A program made the position numbers and the translations under genes. 64,000 bases of DNA from Lepidodermella squamata (lineage: Eukaryota > Animalia > Gastrotricha). The stretch spans positions 1,488,001 to 1,552,000 of the forward strand of contig JBLDXI010000015.1 of NCBI GenBank assembly GCA_047495785.1, given 5' to 3'. Of this stretch, positions 13,314 to 25,258 are shown one piece after another (position 1 is the first letter of the stretch; each line of letters begins with the position of its first letter). The notes under the pieces were generated by a model, which searched no databases, was not told the DNA's origin, and worked only from the letters and a program-made list of their open reading frames with translations.

Positions 13314-13762
13314 TGTTGCATTGAGAGTGTCGAATCGTTGAGAGTTAACTCTCAATGGGCCTTTTTTCATTGAAAGTGAGAAAAAGTGAACTTTCAATAT
13401 TGAAAGTACACTTTCCCCCATGGAGAGTATACTTTCAATAAAAAGACGCTCATTGAGAGTTTACTTTCCACGATATCACTTAATGAATGTGAACTTTCCA
13501 TGCTAAAGAAACTCGATCATTTCATGGAGAGTATACTTTCCACGCAAAAGATGTTCCATCCTTTTATCGAGAGTACTCTTTTGGCTGCTCAAGACGGGAG
13601 AAACAATGGACATTTGTTAGCGTCTACTCTCAATGCATATCTTTTTATTGAGAGTATACTTTCCATGGGGGATAGTATACTTTCAATATTGAAAGTTCAC
13701 TTTCAATGGAAATTCGTGCGTGGAAAGTGCACTTTCAACGATTCGACACTCTCAATGTAACA
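13314..13762. mobile_element. MITE with 28-bp TIRs and internal palindromic subrepeats
   Basis: tgttgcattgagagtgtcgaatcgttga / tcaacgattcgacactctcaatgtaaca, with repeated gagagtatactttc and ttgaaagt..actttc units inside. Confidence 0.75.
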
Positions 13763-14512
13763 ACCATAAACCATCAACAACCAATGTTTCAATCAATGTA
13801 CTAATGTTTATCGATTTTCTGCTAATATTTAAACTCTCCAATTGGAAGGCAACAGCTGACTGATTTTTCCAGCGAGGTGTCAGGCTTATGGTTGCGGAAT
13901 AATTCTGTTCACCCAATGTCGCGGTCATTGGCAGCGAAGAATAACGTCTGACTAAAATTGTCCATCAATCAATCCTACACACTTCTTACTTACGCACTTC
14001 CATTTGCCACACGATCATTACGACCATTCTGCGTGTGCGTCTAATGGTCTGCTAATTATCGCGCAAGTGCGCGCAATACACCGATACCGATATTTTGGCG
14101 CACTTCCGAAATTAGGCAGATATTTGTACGCGGCCGGGTTGCTCCGCAAAGCAAAATAGTATCAACTTAATAATGCAACTGTTCCATCCCTGAGTGCAAA
14201 AGCGTGATATTTTTTCGATACTCACTAATCCTGAATCATCAACTGAATCCTGACAAATTTTCGCGCATTAATTCGACAGGTCGGTATCGCCAGACGGGAA
14301 ACCTGAAGTCACGCGCCAAAAAATTGAAAATAAAATGTTCAAGGTCATTTTAAATTTTTATTTAATTTTTATATTACTCAAGTAACGTTTAACAAATTTT
14401 GAAGAATGTAAATGACACGAACGGCATTTGCCGCGGGCGTCAAGGACAAACGGAGAAAAACGGGGAGGGGGTCTGCCGACTAACAGCAGTCCCCGGTAAC
14501 CCGGGACCTGCC

Positions 14513-15550
14513 CACTGCATACTTTTTGTGGATTTTACCACGCACTTTTCAGCTAAAATGATAGAAAATAGTTGAAAGTATCATAAAACGAATAGAAATG
14601 CATAGGCAACCATGGATTTTTCACCGCTAGGCGTCCTGAAAGTGCAAAAACCTAGAAAAAATGCATCCTCTAGCGTCTTTGAAGGCGCTGATTCAAGAAA
14701 CAGAACAGGTTCAACCACAGTTCTTTCACATTTTCTAGTAGAGCACATTAAGAGCTTACTAGAAAAATAAGAAATAGCCAGTTAATGTGGTGGTTATCCA
14801 CGGCTTTTCAGTCTTTTTCCTCTCGGCTTGCAAATCAAGGAAAAAGTGAAAATTTGGTGTTTTTAGTCGCACTTATCTCGAAAAAACACATGGCTGCACC
14901 ATAGCTTTTTATAGTCAAATAGGAGAAGGCGTTCGGTGGAAGGTTTCAACAGGGAAAACAGCAAGATCCACCCCAACTTATCCACGACTTTTTCGTCCTG
15001 AATAGCACTCACTACGGCAGACACAACACCTCGAAAATGCACGACCTGGAGTCATTTGGGGCTTTGCTGCAAGACACTGAACAGGTTCAACCACAGTTTT
15101 TTCACGTTTTCTAGTAGAGCACAACAAGATCTTACTTAGGAAGTAAGAAATCGCCTGCAAATGTGGTGTTTATCCACGGCTTTTCAGTCCTTTCTCTACA
15201 CTTCCGAATCAAGTCCGAATCGAAGAATAAGTGAGGATTTTGCATCTTTTCTCGCACTTTTCTCGAAAAAAACCCATGGTTGCACCACAGGTTTTTGTAT
15301 TCAAATAGAAGAGTAGATTGAGAAGAATGTTTTACAAGAGAAAACAGCAAGAACCACCACAACTTATCCACGGCTATTTCCTCCCGATTAGCCGTCACAA
15401 TTCAAGCTCAAAATCGATTTTGGGAGCCGTGGTATTCTGAGATCTTACACCGCAGACCCCTAATGCCACGTATAACAAGTCGAATCAAGTGCCTACTTCT
15501 ATAAAAATAACAAATATACGGGTGCTACCATGATTCGCGACATCCATCCG
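14513..15550. repeat. Left arm of a 1038-bp apparently perfect inverted repeat, containing ~377-bp internal tandem units
   Basis: Reverse complement of 17432-18469. The mirrored identical ORFs 15132..15398(-)/17584..17850(+) and 14978..15160(-)/17822..18004(+) give a constant coordinate sum of 32982. Confidence 0.95.
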
Positions 15551-16185
15551 TTCCTGTCCTTTATCCTTACGGCGCCAACAAGCCGGCTGAGATATGGAGC
15601 CATTCCATTTCAATCCCTGGTATCTGTGAACCGGCGTAGTAAACATGCATTTCCCATCATCATCAGTGACTCTCATACTTGCTAGCATCCAAGTCAAGAA
15701 CTTACCGACATGAAATAAGTAAGTTTTGCTCATTGCTCATACGGAATGCTCTTTGTGATGTTAACAGAAGTGGCGAACAGAGTTGGCTTCTTTATTTAGA
15801 TTTGGTAGGAGTGGTAAAGGGTACCATTTTGACACTAGGGTATCCACCCGCTGTATCATGAAGAACGCTAAAAGTCTTGCTAAAATGACCCACAATGGTA
15901 ATTTGATTAATTGCCGCGGCAGCGGTTGGCGGTTGGCGGCTGGTCTTGGCGTTGATCTTGCAGCTGCATGACTGCCTACAACATGCGCGGCCGCACCATC
16001 AACCACCGGCCAATTTGCTCTCTTTCGAGTTGTAGCTATTGTTTGCTTGTAAGATATAGTTCCATTCCTTAGGATCAACTTCCCTCTGCTTATGTTGTAT
16101 ACTCTTTTTGAGATTTTAACAGCAAAATTGCTAAAATGAGTAAGCTACTTGCATTGGTCACAAACTCTGGTACCCTTGGATCTTG
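15551..16185 (-). pseudogene. Degenerate unidentified coding sequence, paralog L (inner diverged arm)
   Basis: TISYKQ, IKLPLWVILARLLAFF and ASMR..GK.MFTTPVHRY blocks are shared with the opposite arm and differ largely by synonymous substitutions. Confidence 0.5.
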
Positions 16186-16774
16186 ACGCCACCCATTCAT
16201 CTGTGTATTGTATGAAAAACTGTCATTTCAGTGAACATTTTCGGAGGGATCTAAAACAAGTATTCAAGGCGGATTAGTGGTTGTTATGGAGGATTTTGCC
16301 TTCGGCGAAACGGTAAATAGTCGAGTTAGTTTTATCGCACACTAGATGCCGTAGATGGGCAGATACGACAGTGGACAGAGTTGTCCTCCGGGACAGCGGG
16401 TGAGAGCTAAAAGGGCCTTCCCTTGCCTTCCCTTGTTGTAAACGGGCGATAAACATTGGCAAAATCCTTAACATTGACTGCTAAGGAGCAAGAATTAATG
16501 CCGAGAGAAAAGTAATAGATTCGAGTGGTGCTGTCTCTTTTCGCGTTCTTTCCGCGCTCTTTCCGCTTAACTCTTTCCGCGTTCGCGATACAACGTGATG
16601 GGGTGTCAGTTGATATGGTTAATATCCACGGCTATTCACTCCACACTGCACTTTACAAATCGAAGGAAAAGACTATGAATAGGTATCTTTAAATGCTTCT
16701 ATCATGTTCATTATTCGTGGCGCTGCCATATCGAATTGAAAGAGTAAGCTAGCAAGCAAGCCTCTTCAGAATAG

Positions 16775-17431
16775 GAAGAATCCAGGGGTAGCAGAAGTAG
16801 TAGTGACCAATGCATGTTGGGTACTCATTTGAGTAACTTTGTTAACATCTCATAAAGAGTATGCACTATGAGCAGGGTGGACGTTAAGCTCACGATATGA
16901 AACGTTCACAGCTAACTATATCGTATAAGCAAATGATGGCTTTAACTCAAAAGAAAGATCATCGGCCGGGGGCTGGTGGTGCGGCCGCGACTGTTAGCTT
17001 TCTTGCCACTGCAAGATCAAGATCAAGCCCAAGGACGAGGCGAGGCCGCTGCGATGAATCAAAGTGCCTTTGTGGGACATTGTAGCAAAACTTTTTCGCG
17101 TTCTTCATAAAGCGTGATGGAATAAACCAGTATCGGTGATTATGGTATCCTATTCTACCACTCCTATTACTCCTTGCAGATCGAAAAGAAACTAACTCAG
17201 AACGCTACGTCTGTTATCATCTCACTAAGAGCCTTGTTTCGTAAAACAACTCGGCAAATTTTCTGGTTTACCGCGGTAACCTCTTGGATTTGATGCAAGC
17301 AAGTATGAGAGCCGTTAAGGATGCTGGGAAAGGAATCTTTACTACGCCAGTCCACAGATATCATGACTTCATCCACAGATTGACATGGTATGGCCCCATA
17401 TCTCAACCGTCATATTACCACGGTCCAATAC
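16775..17431 (+). pseudogene. Degenerate unidentified coding sequence, paralog R (inner diverged arm)
   Basis: TISYKQ, IKVPLWDIVAKL and ASMR..GKGIFTTPVHRY, with frameshifts and stops. Confidence 0.5.
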
Positions 17432-18469
17432 CGGATGGATGTCGCGAATCATGGTAGCACCCGTATATTTGTTATTTTTATAGAAGTAGGCACTTGATTC
17501 GACTTGTTATACGTGGCATTAGGGGTCTGCGGTGTAAGATCTCAGAATACCACGGCTCCCAAAATCGATTTTGAGCTTGAATTGTGACGGCTAATCGGGA
17601 GGAAATAGCCGTGGATAAGTTGTGGTGGTTCTTGCTGTTTTCTCTTGTAAAACATTCTTCTCAATCTACTCTTCTATTTGAATACAAAAACCTGTGGTGC
17701 AACCATGGGTTTTTTTCGAGAAAAGTGCGAGAAAAGATGCAAAATCCTCACTTATTCTTCGATTCGGACTTGATTCGGAAGTGTAGAGAAAGGACTGAAA
17801 AGCCGTGGATAAACACCACATTTGCAGGCGATTTCTTACTTCCTAAGTAAGATCTTGTTGTGCTCTACTAGAAAACGTGAAAAAACTGTGGTTGAACCTG
17901 TTCAGTGTCTTGCAGCAAAGCCCCAAATGACTCCAGGTCGTGCATTTTCGAGGTGTTGTGTCTGCCGTAGTGAGTGCTATTCAGGACGAAAAAGTCGTGG
18001 ATAAGTTGGGGTGGATCTTGCTGTTTTCCCTGTTGAAACCTTCCACCGAACGCCTTCTCCTATTTGACTATAAAAAGCTATGGTGCAGCCATGTGTTTTT
18101 TCGAGATAAGTGCGACTAAAAACACCAAATTTTCACTTTTTCCTTGATTTGCAAGCCGAGAGGAAAAAGACTGAAAAGCCGTGGATAACCACCACATTAA
18201 CTGGCTATTTCTTATTTTTCTAGTAAGCTCTTAATGTGCTCTACTAGAAAATGTGAAAGAACTGTGGTTGAACCTGTTCTGTTTCTTGAATCAGCGCCTT
18301 CAAAGACGCTAGAGGATGCATTTTTTCTAGGTTTTTGCACTTTCAGGACGCCTAGCGGTGAAAAATCCATGGTTGCCTATGCATTTCTATTCGTTTTATG
18401 ATACTTTCAACTATTTTCTATCATTTTAGCTGAAAAGTGCGTGGTAAAATCCACAAAAAGTATGCAGTG
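17432..18469. repeat. Right arm of the 1038-bp inverted repeat
   Basis: Reverse complement of 14513-15550; abuts the outer TIR directly. Confidence 0.95.
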
Positions 18470-18849
18470 AGAGCCCCCGGAGCGCGCGTTAACCCGCAAC
18501 TTGAAATCAATTTTCCCTCAAATCGCCTGCGGCAAAACTTTGCAATAAAATAAAAAATAAATTGGAGAATTAATATTAAATATAAAAATATATTTCAAAA
18601 ATTATATTAATTTAGTTAAATAATTTATTTTTATCAGTTTTCAGAGGGATGGACCGGACTTTTTTTGCTAAGTGTATTCCTTCATATTCCTTTATATCAA
18701 TACATCATAGTTAACAAAAAAAAAGGTAAAGAAAAATGATGCCATTCACATAATTTTTATTTCTAAAACTATTTTAAAAATATGGTTTCCGAACATCGAA
18801 TCTCGCGCGTCGGCTGCGACATCCTCCTCAAAAAGCTGGTTTCGAGTTC

Positions 18850-19657
18850 CAAGTGAAGACGCCCACCGAGATCTCGGACATCACGCCTAGTGCATTGCTC
18901 GCGTTTCGCGTTGATTCGTACGGCATCCCTCAAGGCTCGATCCTCGGCCCACTGCTTTTCATCATTTCATCAACGAATTGCCAGTTCAATGCAAAAACAG
19001 CATCGCATCGCTGTTCCAGTGGCGTAGATAATCTCAATTTTTAGCGTGCCACGTGCCAGGGGTTACACGGTGTCGCCAAAGGCATCATTTAGGGTAGTTC
19101 CATCCAGTTCATATGTCAATTTGAACCGGATCAATTTTATTATCAATTTTATTTTGGACCTCCGCTGGATTTCGTTAGCAGGAAGAAGAAAAAAGAAAAG
19201 TTCACACCATGAAACTGGTGTGGCAGATTTTGCATGGCAAAGCACCTGACCTTCGCTGATTTCTCAAAGAGAGAAACCGCGAGGGGGCATGTCAAAAAGC
19301 CCAAGGATGTCTCCATGTTGACAACAGCAACACAACTAGTCACCGTTCTATATCGTGGCACGACAGCGTGGAACAGCGCAACCGACTTCATCCGGCAAAT
19401 AAACTCGTTAAAAAGCACGCTTCAAGCTGCCTACGTTGTCGAATTCGCTAAAGAACATCTCGAAGATATTAATTTATTAGATCCGTAATCTAGTTTCCTA
19501 ATTTATTTTTCTACTCCTTTGTGCCACGTGCCACTTAGCCCGTGTAAAACATCGCTACAGCGGCGACTCGGGTTCCAACTCTCTAACTGAAGCACAAGCA
19601 TATCGTCGGGCAACTGGCGATTGGGCTTATGGCATATAAATCCATCCATCCATCCAT
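18850..19657 (+). mobile_element. Internally deleted CR1/L2-like LINE relic
   Basis: RT motif GIPQGSILGPLLFII, ORF2 C-terminal-like YRGTTAWNS...INSLKS, and an (ATCC)n 3' tail at 19640-19657. Confidence 0.75.
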
Positions 19658-20400
19658 ATTTGTAATTATTTTATCTCATTTTTCTCCCCCGATTCACCAA
19701 ACGGCTATTACAGACGGCCGAAAGCTTGCCCATTTTGGCGAGTTTTCAAAAAAGTTAACTTATTTGCGTCGATTTTATCACTGTTTTAGACGTGTCCAAT
19801 CGCCTGGAAACTGGTACCAATCAAGTGGCAAGACCTTGAGCTAGTTAACCATCTAAAGATTCGAAAATGTCACAATCCTAGTGTTGAAAACTTGCTCGAA
19901 GTTAGGCAGTTTTTCAGCCATCATCCAGAGAAAGGCAGTCCCTATCTTGTGAGGGCGCGGCAGTTATCAGTTTCAGTCCTTTCGTCTTTCGTCTGACTCG
20001 ATTCCGTTCACGTTTTTCATGTTTTGCATTTTATGGGCATTTAATTTGTTGACATTATTTACCCTATTCACGTTAGAACGTTAACATTATTTGTTATTTG
20101 TCTGTATCATATTCTCTTCAACCTTCAACTATAACAGTATTTCAAAATTCACCGTCTGCTTCAATGGTTTACTTCTTTTCGTCGTCGATGCATTATTGCG
20201 TCGCATATCGCTGCAAATAGCGTTATTTTTCCATGCAAGAAGGAAGCATGCAAGCCTAGACAGCCAATCGTTGTTGTACATACTCTCTACCGCAGCATAA
20301 TTTCATGGTAACTTTTGAAGCGCAATGCTTGCCGATACAAGTTTAATTTTACAAATGATCTATTTTTTATCTAGAACAATTTCTGTTGTTGTATGATACC

Positions 20401-21681
20401 ATGGTCTTCCAGGATATTGTTGAGCTGGTTAAACTCAACATGGACATGAAAACTATCGGAATTGGTAGCGCAGGCTTGGGTGTTCTTGTCGCCAGACGCG
20501 CTGGTGCTTTTCGTGCAGTCATGATGATACTTGGTTCTAGATTTAGGAAGCATTCCCCAGTGTCTGTTAGAGAAAAAGAGCTTCAAATTCTACGAAATAT
20601 GAACTGGATCGAACAACGTTATGTTGTAATCACTGGTCCAAAACTAGTTGGGAAATCGTGCCTGGTCGACACATATACTTCCAATAGATACGGCGTTATA
20701 GAGTGCCAGGTACGTTCACTTCAAATCAATATATCCTGTCTATTCTTAGCTAATGTTACTTCCCATTTCTAGATTCCAGCAGGCATCAGGCAGAACGATG
20801 TCATGATGAAAGCTTTCTCTGCAGTTACAAAAGATTACTCGAAATTTTTCAAAACGGAAGTAAAAGATTACTCGACATTTTTCAAAACGGAAGAAAAAGA
20901 TTACTCGACATTTTTCAAAGCAAGAGTAAGTGCTCGGCGTGTACTTTTCTTCTTCAAGCTCCTTACAGCTTGCAGGATGTCGCCATTGCTTGTGATTCGT
21001 GCAAGCGAAAGGCGACAAGGAGGTGATTACGCCGAGTTAACTGGCGCAGTTCGAAGTCTGACGGAGACTTACGGATTGCGTGTCCTTATCGACGGTTGTC
21101 CAAATTCACTCGATCCGGGACTCCTGCAAACTGGACGCGCATATGTGTTAAACATTGAGCCACTGACAGAAGATCAGCTGTGGAAAATTCACGAATTCCG
21201 AGATTTGGAAGCAGACCTAGAGGAAATAGAATTGAAAACAGCCGTGTGGTCAGTATTAGGAGGTTATCCACGCAAATACGTGGAAATCGCAGAGGATTTC
21301 CGAGCGGTGGTGTTTGGTAATGCGTCTCTAAGGGACAATGAGGGCAAGCTGACATTAGCTGGCAAAGATGCGCTGCGGGCGATCGTTTGGAAGACTTTGG
21401 GTGATCAAATTAAGGGGGCAATCAAAACTGTGGACAATGCCAAACGAACGTATCCTCAGACAAAGGAAATTCTGAAGCTGCTGGATGGAAGCACGTTGAA
21501 AGTATCGTATATGTCCCTGCCAAAACACATTATGCTCCCCGATCCGGATGAGGTCTTGCGCGAGGTATCTCAGAATGGACAACGTTTTCTTCTTCCTGCT
21601 ACTCCGGCAATCGGTCTAGTAATTCGACACAACCTAACGAAAGTACCACCACGAGAAACTTTGATAGAACTTTTGAAATAA
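20401..21681 (+). CDS. Two-exon P-loop NTPase of unknown family (exons 20401-20709 and 20773-21681, ~405 aa)
   Basis: Walker A VVITGPKLVGKS after a hydrophobic N-terminal segment and an R-E-x-E motif. A 63-nt GTACG...TTCTAG intron joins the two ORFs in frame. Confidence 0.8.
20830..20919 (+). repeat. In-frame 33-bp tandem repeat (KDYS[K/T]FFKTE[V/E], about 2.7 copies)
   Basis: aaagattactcga(a/c)atttttcaaaacggaag recurs every 33 bp. Confidence 0.9.
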
Positions 21682-23039
21682 TAATTAGTTTCTTTGTTTT
21701 GTCACCTTGAGCTCGTCGACGTCGACGTATTTTAAAGCAACGCTGCAAATAAAACATATTTGAAACCTTTTGAAAACGGGTAATGTTTTGAACTTGAACG
21801 ATATGTTCTCGGAAATGAAATATTTTTAGAGATACAAATGTTTCTGATCGTTTTGCAAAGTTCTCACAAAAGTCTCCTATCTGTTACCAAAGTTGCTGTA
21901 AAGACTACAGGTTTTCTGAGAAATTATAAAAAAAATTATGTAAATAGGGTGATATTTTTTCGCTTGGATGCAGATTTTCGAAATTCCAAGCATCTTTTCC
22001 CACACTGAAAAACGATAAAAAATAAAAAAATTCGTCAGGGATCGCAACCTACTGGTGAGAATTTTGTTTAACCCCAAGTGTCAGGTCTGAGTTGTCCACG
22101 CGTCTAAAAATCGAGGCCCTGTTCGAGTTCGGAAATTTTGGAATTTTCCAATGGCCTAAAATCACTTTTGGGATATTTCCTGCGGATCAAGGTTGACCTC
22201 AATAATTCTAAAAAAAAATCACCAGTAAATTTAGCGCAATATTTTCTATAAGACAGAGTGTTCAATTCAGAACTCATGCTTCGCCTAAAAGTCGTAGAAT
22301 TATTCGAAAAATGACTCGAATATTTCGACTTAGCTTCCGCTACAGTACAGGGTGTTCAAGAAATAATAGCCAGGCTATTTTTAGCGTTGGACTTTCGCCA
22401 GACGACACGCGAACTTTACTAACACTTAAGACGTGAGTCGTAACGGCGTGTTTTTTTGTATAAGCGGGAACTTATGTTTTTACCTTGATTTTTTATTCCC
22501 GCATCAAAACCAAAAATTTAGCAGGGCACCCGGTTCCCTAATTCCGGCCAAGAGTCTAGGTGACTACAAAATTAGCCATAAATCAAGGTAAAATCGTCCG
22601 GACGTGCGGAAACCGGCATTCGGTAGCCCGAGAACTCCTCTACAATTCTGTATTCGCCGATTCTTTTCTAAAAATACACCTGGCTTGCAAAGTAGGAAAA
22701 ACCGGAAAAGTGGCCGAATTTAGCGCGGAATGCTCTAGATGAAAAAGATTAACCAATACATTCAACACTGGAAAATTACCATGAGGGCTCAGGATTTGAA
22801 AATCACCTGAGTTATGATTTGTAAAATGTGGCACGTTTTCACACTTTTTTAATATATTAGACGACAACCCAGTTCAAACGATTTTTTTTATTTTGTAAAA
22901 CCGGTATTTTTCATATTTTTGATTAATTTTACAGTTTTTCTGATTTACAAATGAGATCTCCTAACAGTTGACAGTAAAAACGTAATTACAAAGATTACAA
23001 ATGATTAAAACTGGAAGCTGATATTAACCTTGATAAAAG

Positions 23040-23980
23040 TTATTCGAATCGCACTCTCTTGGTTGGCTTTGATTTCTCCACATTTCGGCTGATTCTTGCG
23101 AATTCCGGCAATTCGAAATTTTTCACTGGATGATAAACCGCCGGGTTGAATCGTTGGTTAAGAAGCGGGGCATAGTCCCGGCCGACAGCCAGGTGTTTGG
23201 CGCGATGATGATTGTCGTGCAACTCGCAATTCGATGCTCGCCATGGGTTTTCAACTAAAATGAGGGCAAATGAAATTTTACTGAATTATTTTATAAGCTC
23301 ACAAATTTTTTTAAATTTCAAACTAATTGTTAGAAAATTTTCTCTCAATTTTGGAATTTTAAATAAAGCAAAATATGTTTACCATAATTATTCCGCGAAT
23401 CTTCTGGCAATTTTCGCTTGAGCGGTTTCATTTCTGTCTCGAGCTCCGGCCACGATATCGCCTTTTCGGGCTTGATTAGGAAGTTATTCCCACGGTAGAT
23501 AGCCGCGTGTTTTGGCGATCGAAATTTGTCGGCTTTTTCACGCTCTTCGTTGTTTAGGCTCGGCAACTCCTCCTTTACAGCAACCTGAGGATCGAAAATC
23601 GGATCGAAAAATGTTTCATCGATATATTTCGAACTTTCTTGATAAGAAAAGTCGCGCAGTGAGCGCTCAAGGTCGTAAATCGATGGCTTAACATCTTCAA
23701 TGATTGCGGTTTGTTGCCGTAAATTCTTCAGCTCGAGTAGCAGCGTCTCGATTTCGACCTGCAATTCGACAATAAACTTCGCTTGGCCAGCTTTTTCTTT
23801 CTTCAAAGAGCAGATTTCCTCCCCGCGGCGGCTGAAACACTCGTTAAGCCCGCGATGCACCTGAAGATCCGGAATTTCAAGCAGGCGCTGGACTAAATCT
23901 CCAGGCAAGCCGCATTTATCGTAACGGCCTTGAAAAAACGCCGATTCGGTAGTTGTTAAAACGTTTTTCCTCCATGCCAT
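23040..23980 (-). CDS. Orphan coiled-coil protein; exons 23980-23383 and 23254-23040
   Basis: The 218-aa ORF and the 60-aa ORF are joined in frame by a GTAAAC...TTTTAG intron. Heptad region ELQVEIETLLLELKNLRQQ; basic C-terminus KPTKRVRF. Confidence 0.65.
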
Positions 23981-24900
23981 GATGCCAAACAACAACAACA
24001 AAACCGCAAAAGAACGCAGGTTTTATTTTATACAAAAAATGTTACTCTATCACAGCAAAGTCGAAAATTTAGCGAAATTATAAAAAATTTCGAAATAAGG
24101 TAGATGAATGGCACAATTGATGTCTCCCGTAAAGCACGCCAAAATATTTGCATGAAACGATAAAACGCAACTTGATAACTTTTAAATACGGAGATTACAC
24201 TTTGAATAAATAAATTGGACAAAATTCCATGAGTAAAATAGCTCAAATGATTGAATTCCACCTTAATATTCGGCTTTTATTGTCACTTTGTCTCAGAGGC
24301 GCCGCGCCATGAAACCGCCACAATTAACACTCGAGCTGTTTTATTGCCTTGACAATAGTCAAATCACGGCGATGATTAATGCGCCGCGATTATTGCCGCG
24401 CGCCGACCCAGCTAGAACACCTGCGCGCAAATGTGCGTGCAAAAATCGAATCGCGTGCGGCGCGGCTTGGAGCAGGAATGAAACAAGAAGGTGCGGCGCA
24501 TGCGCGCAACAGAGAATATAATATATTATTTTCAATATCAGTTATAAATGTTCCGTTGAGACGGTTTGCGCAATCGCCTCAGCCTTTTCTCTGTTCAGCC
24601 GCTCATGAGCCGATTCGATCGACGGTACTTGAAATAAAAGCCACACCTGCTCGAAATATATGGTGAGACAATGTCTGGTTTGCGGCATTGTTTCACAAAC
24701 GACAGGAGGACTCGCGACTTATGATAGCCTCACTTTTAGCGGCGCTTATAGCCGATGAAAAGCTTCGTTATTTGTAGCACGGGAAATGATGTAATCAATT
24801 ACCGTGAAACTCTTCAGTTCTTTTACTACTTAATTATTCCTGCGAAATATTAAGATAAAAGTTTGAAAAATTTCACGAAAATGAAACTAAATTTTATTAG

Positions 24901-25258
24901 CCACGACGACGACTTCACATTCTTGAGCTAGACTCGAATAATTGGTCTGGCGAGGTTAAATTCAGCAAATCTAAGCCCAGCCGCAGTGTTGCCCTGCCGA
25001 ATAATGGTCATTTTCGGCGGGTTAGGCCGCGATAACGTTGTCTCAAATGATTTGTGGCTATTCGATGTCGCCGATAAATCGTGGCGGGAAATCAAGGCGG
25101 AAGGCGCATTGCCGCCTGCCCGGCTCGATTCTGCGGCTTGTATAATCACACGGCTAAATAACTCGAAATTTGGCGATTATCTGCTGATAACAGTTGGCAT
25201 GAATACGGAGGGCGATGTTTTCAGCGATTGTTTCTTATTCAGGCTCGACACGGCTTGA
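24901..25258 (+). pseudogene. Kelch-repeat protein fragment (C-terminal blades), probably truncated or frameshifted
   Basis: MVIFGGLG...NDLWLFDVADKSWREI...PPARLDSA is a Kelch blade. The upstream HILELDSNNW blade end is in another frame. Confidence 0.6.

Larger units (their letters stand above)
11141..18674. mobile_element. 7.5-kb non-autonomous foldback-type DNA element with long TIRs (CACT...AGTG termini, TA duplication); left TIR split by a 3.1-kb composite insert
   Basis: TA|CACTTAGCAAAAAAAGTCCGGTCC ... GGACCGGACTTTTTTTGCTAAGTG|TA. 11265-11368 is the exact reverse complement of 18468-18571. No transposase ORF was seen. Confidence 0.8.

Noticed and set aside
14513-14535. CACTG...TTTTTGT as a RAG/Transib recombination signal
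   Set aside because: The nonamer-like tract has the wrong orientation and spacing, there is no 5-bp TSD, and the CAC is internal to a longer split TIR.
14790-15375. Repeated TTATCCAC as DnaA boxes / bacterial oriC
   Set aside because: All read TTATCCACG, and they arise from the internal tandem duplication of a TE arm in animal DNA.
15132-15398. 88-aa and 60-aa ORFs duplicated in both arms as real genes
   Set aside because: They have non-ATG starts and lie over subterminal tandem repeats; their identity simply reflects the DNA inverted repeat.
22346-22375. TACAGGGTGTTC Tc1-like terminus
   Set aside because: No matching opposite end was found in the window; at most a solo remnant.
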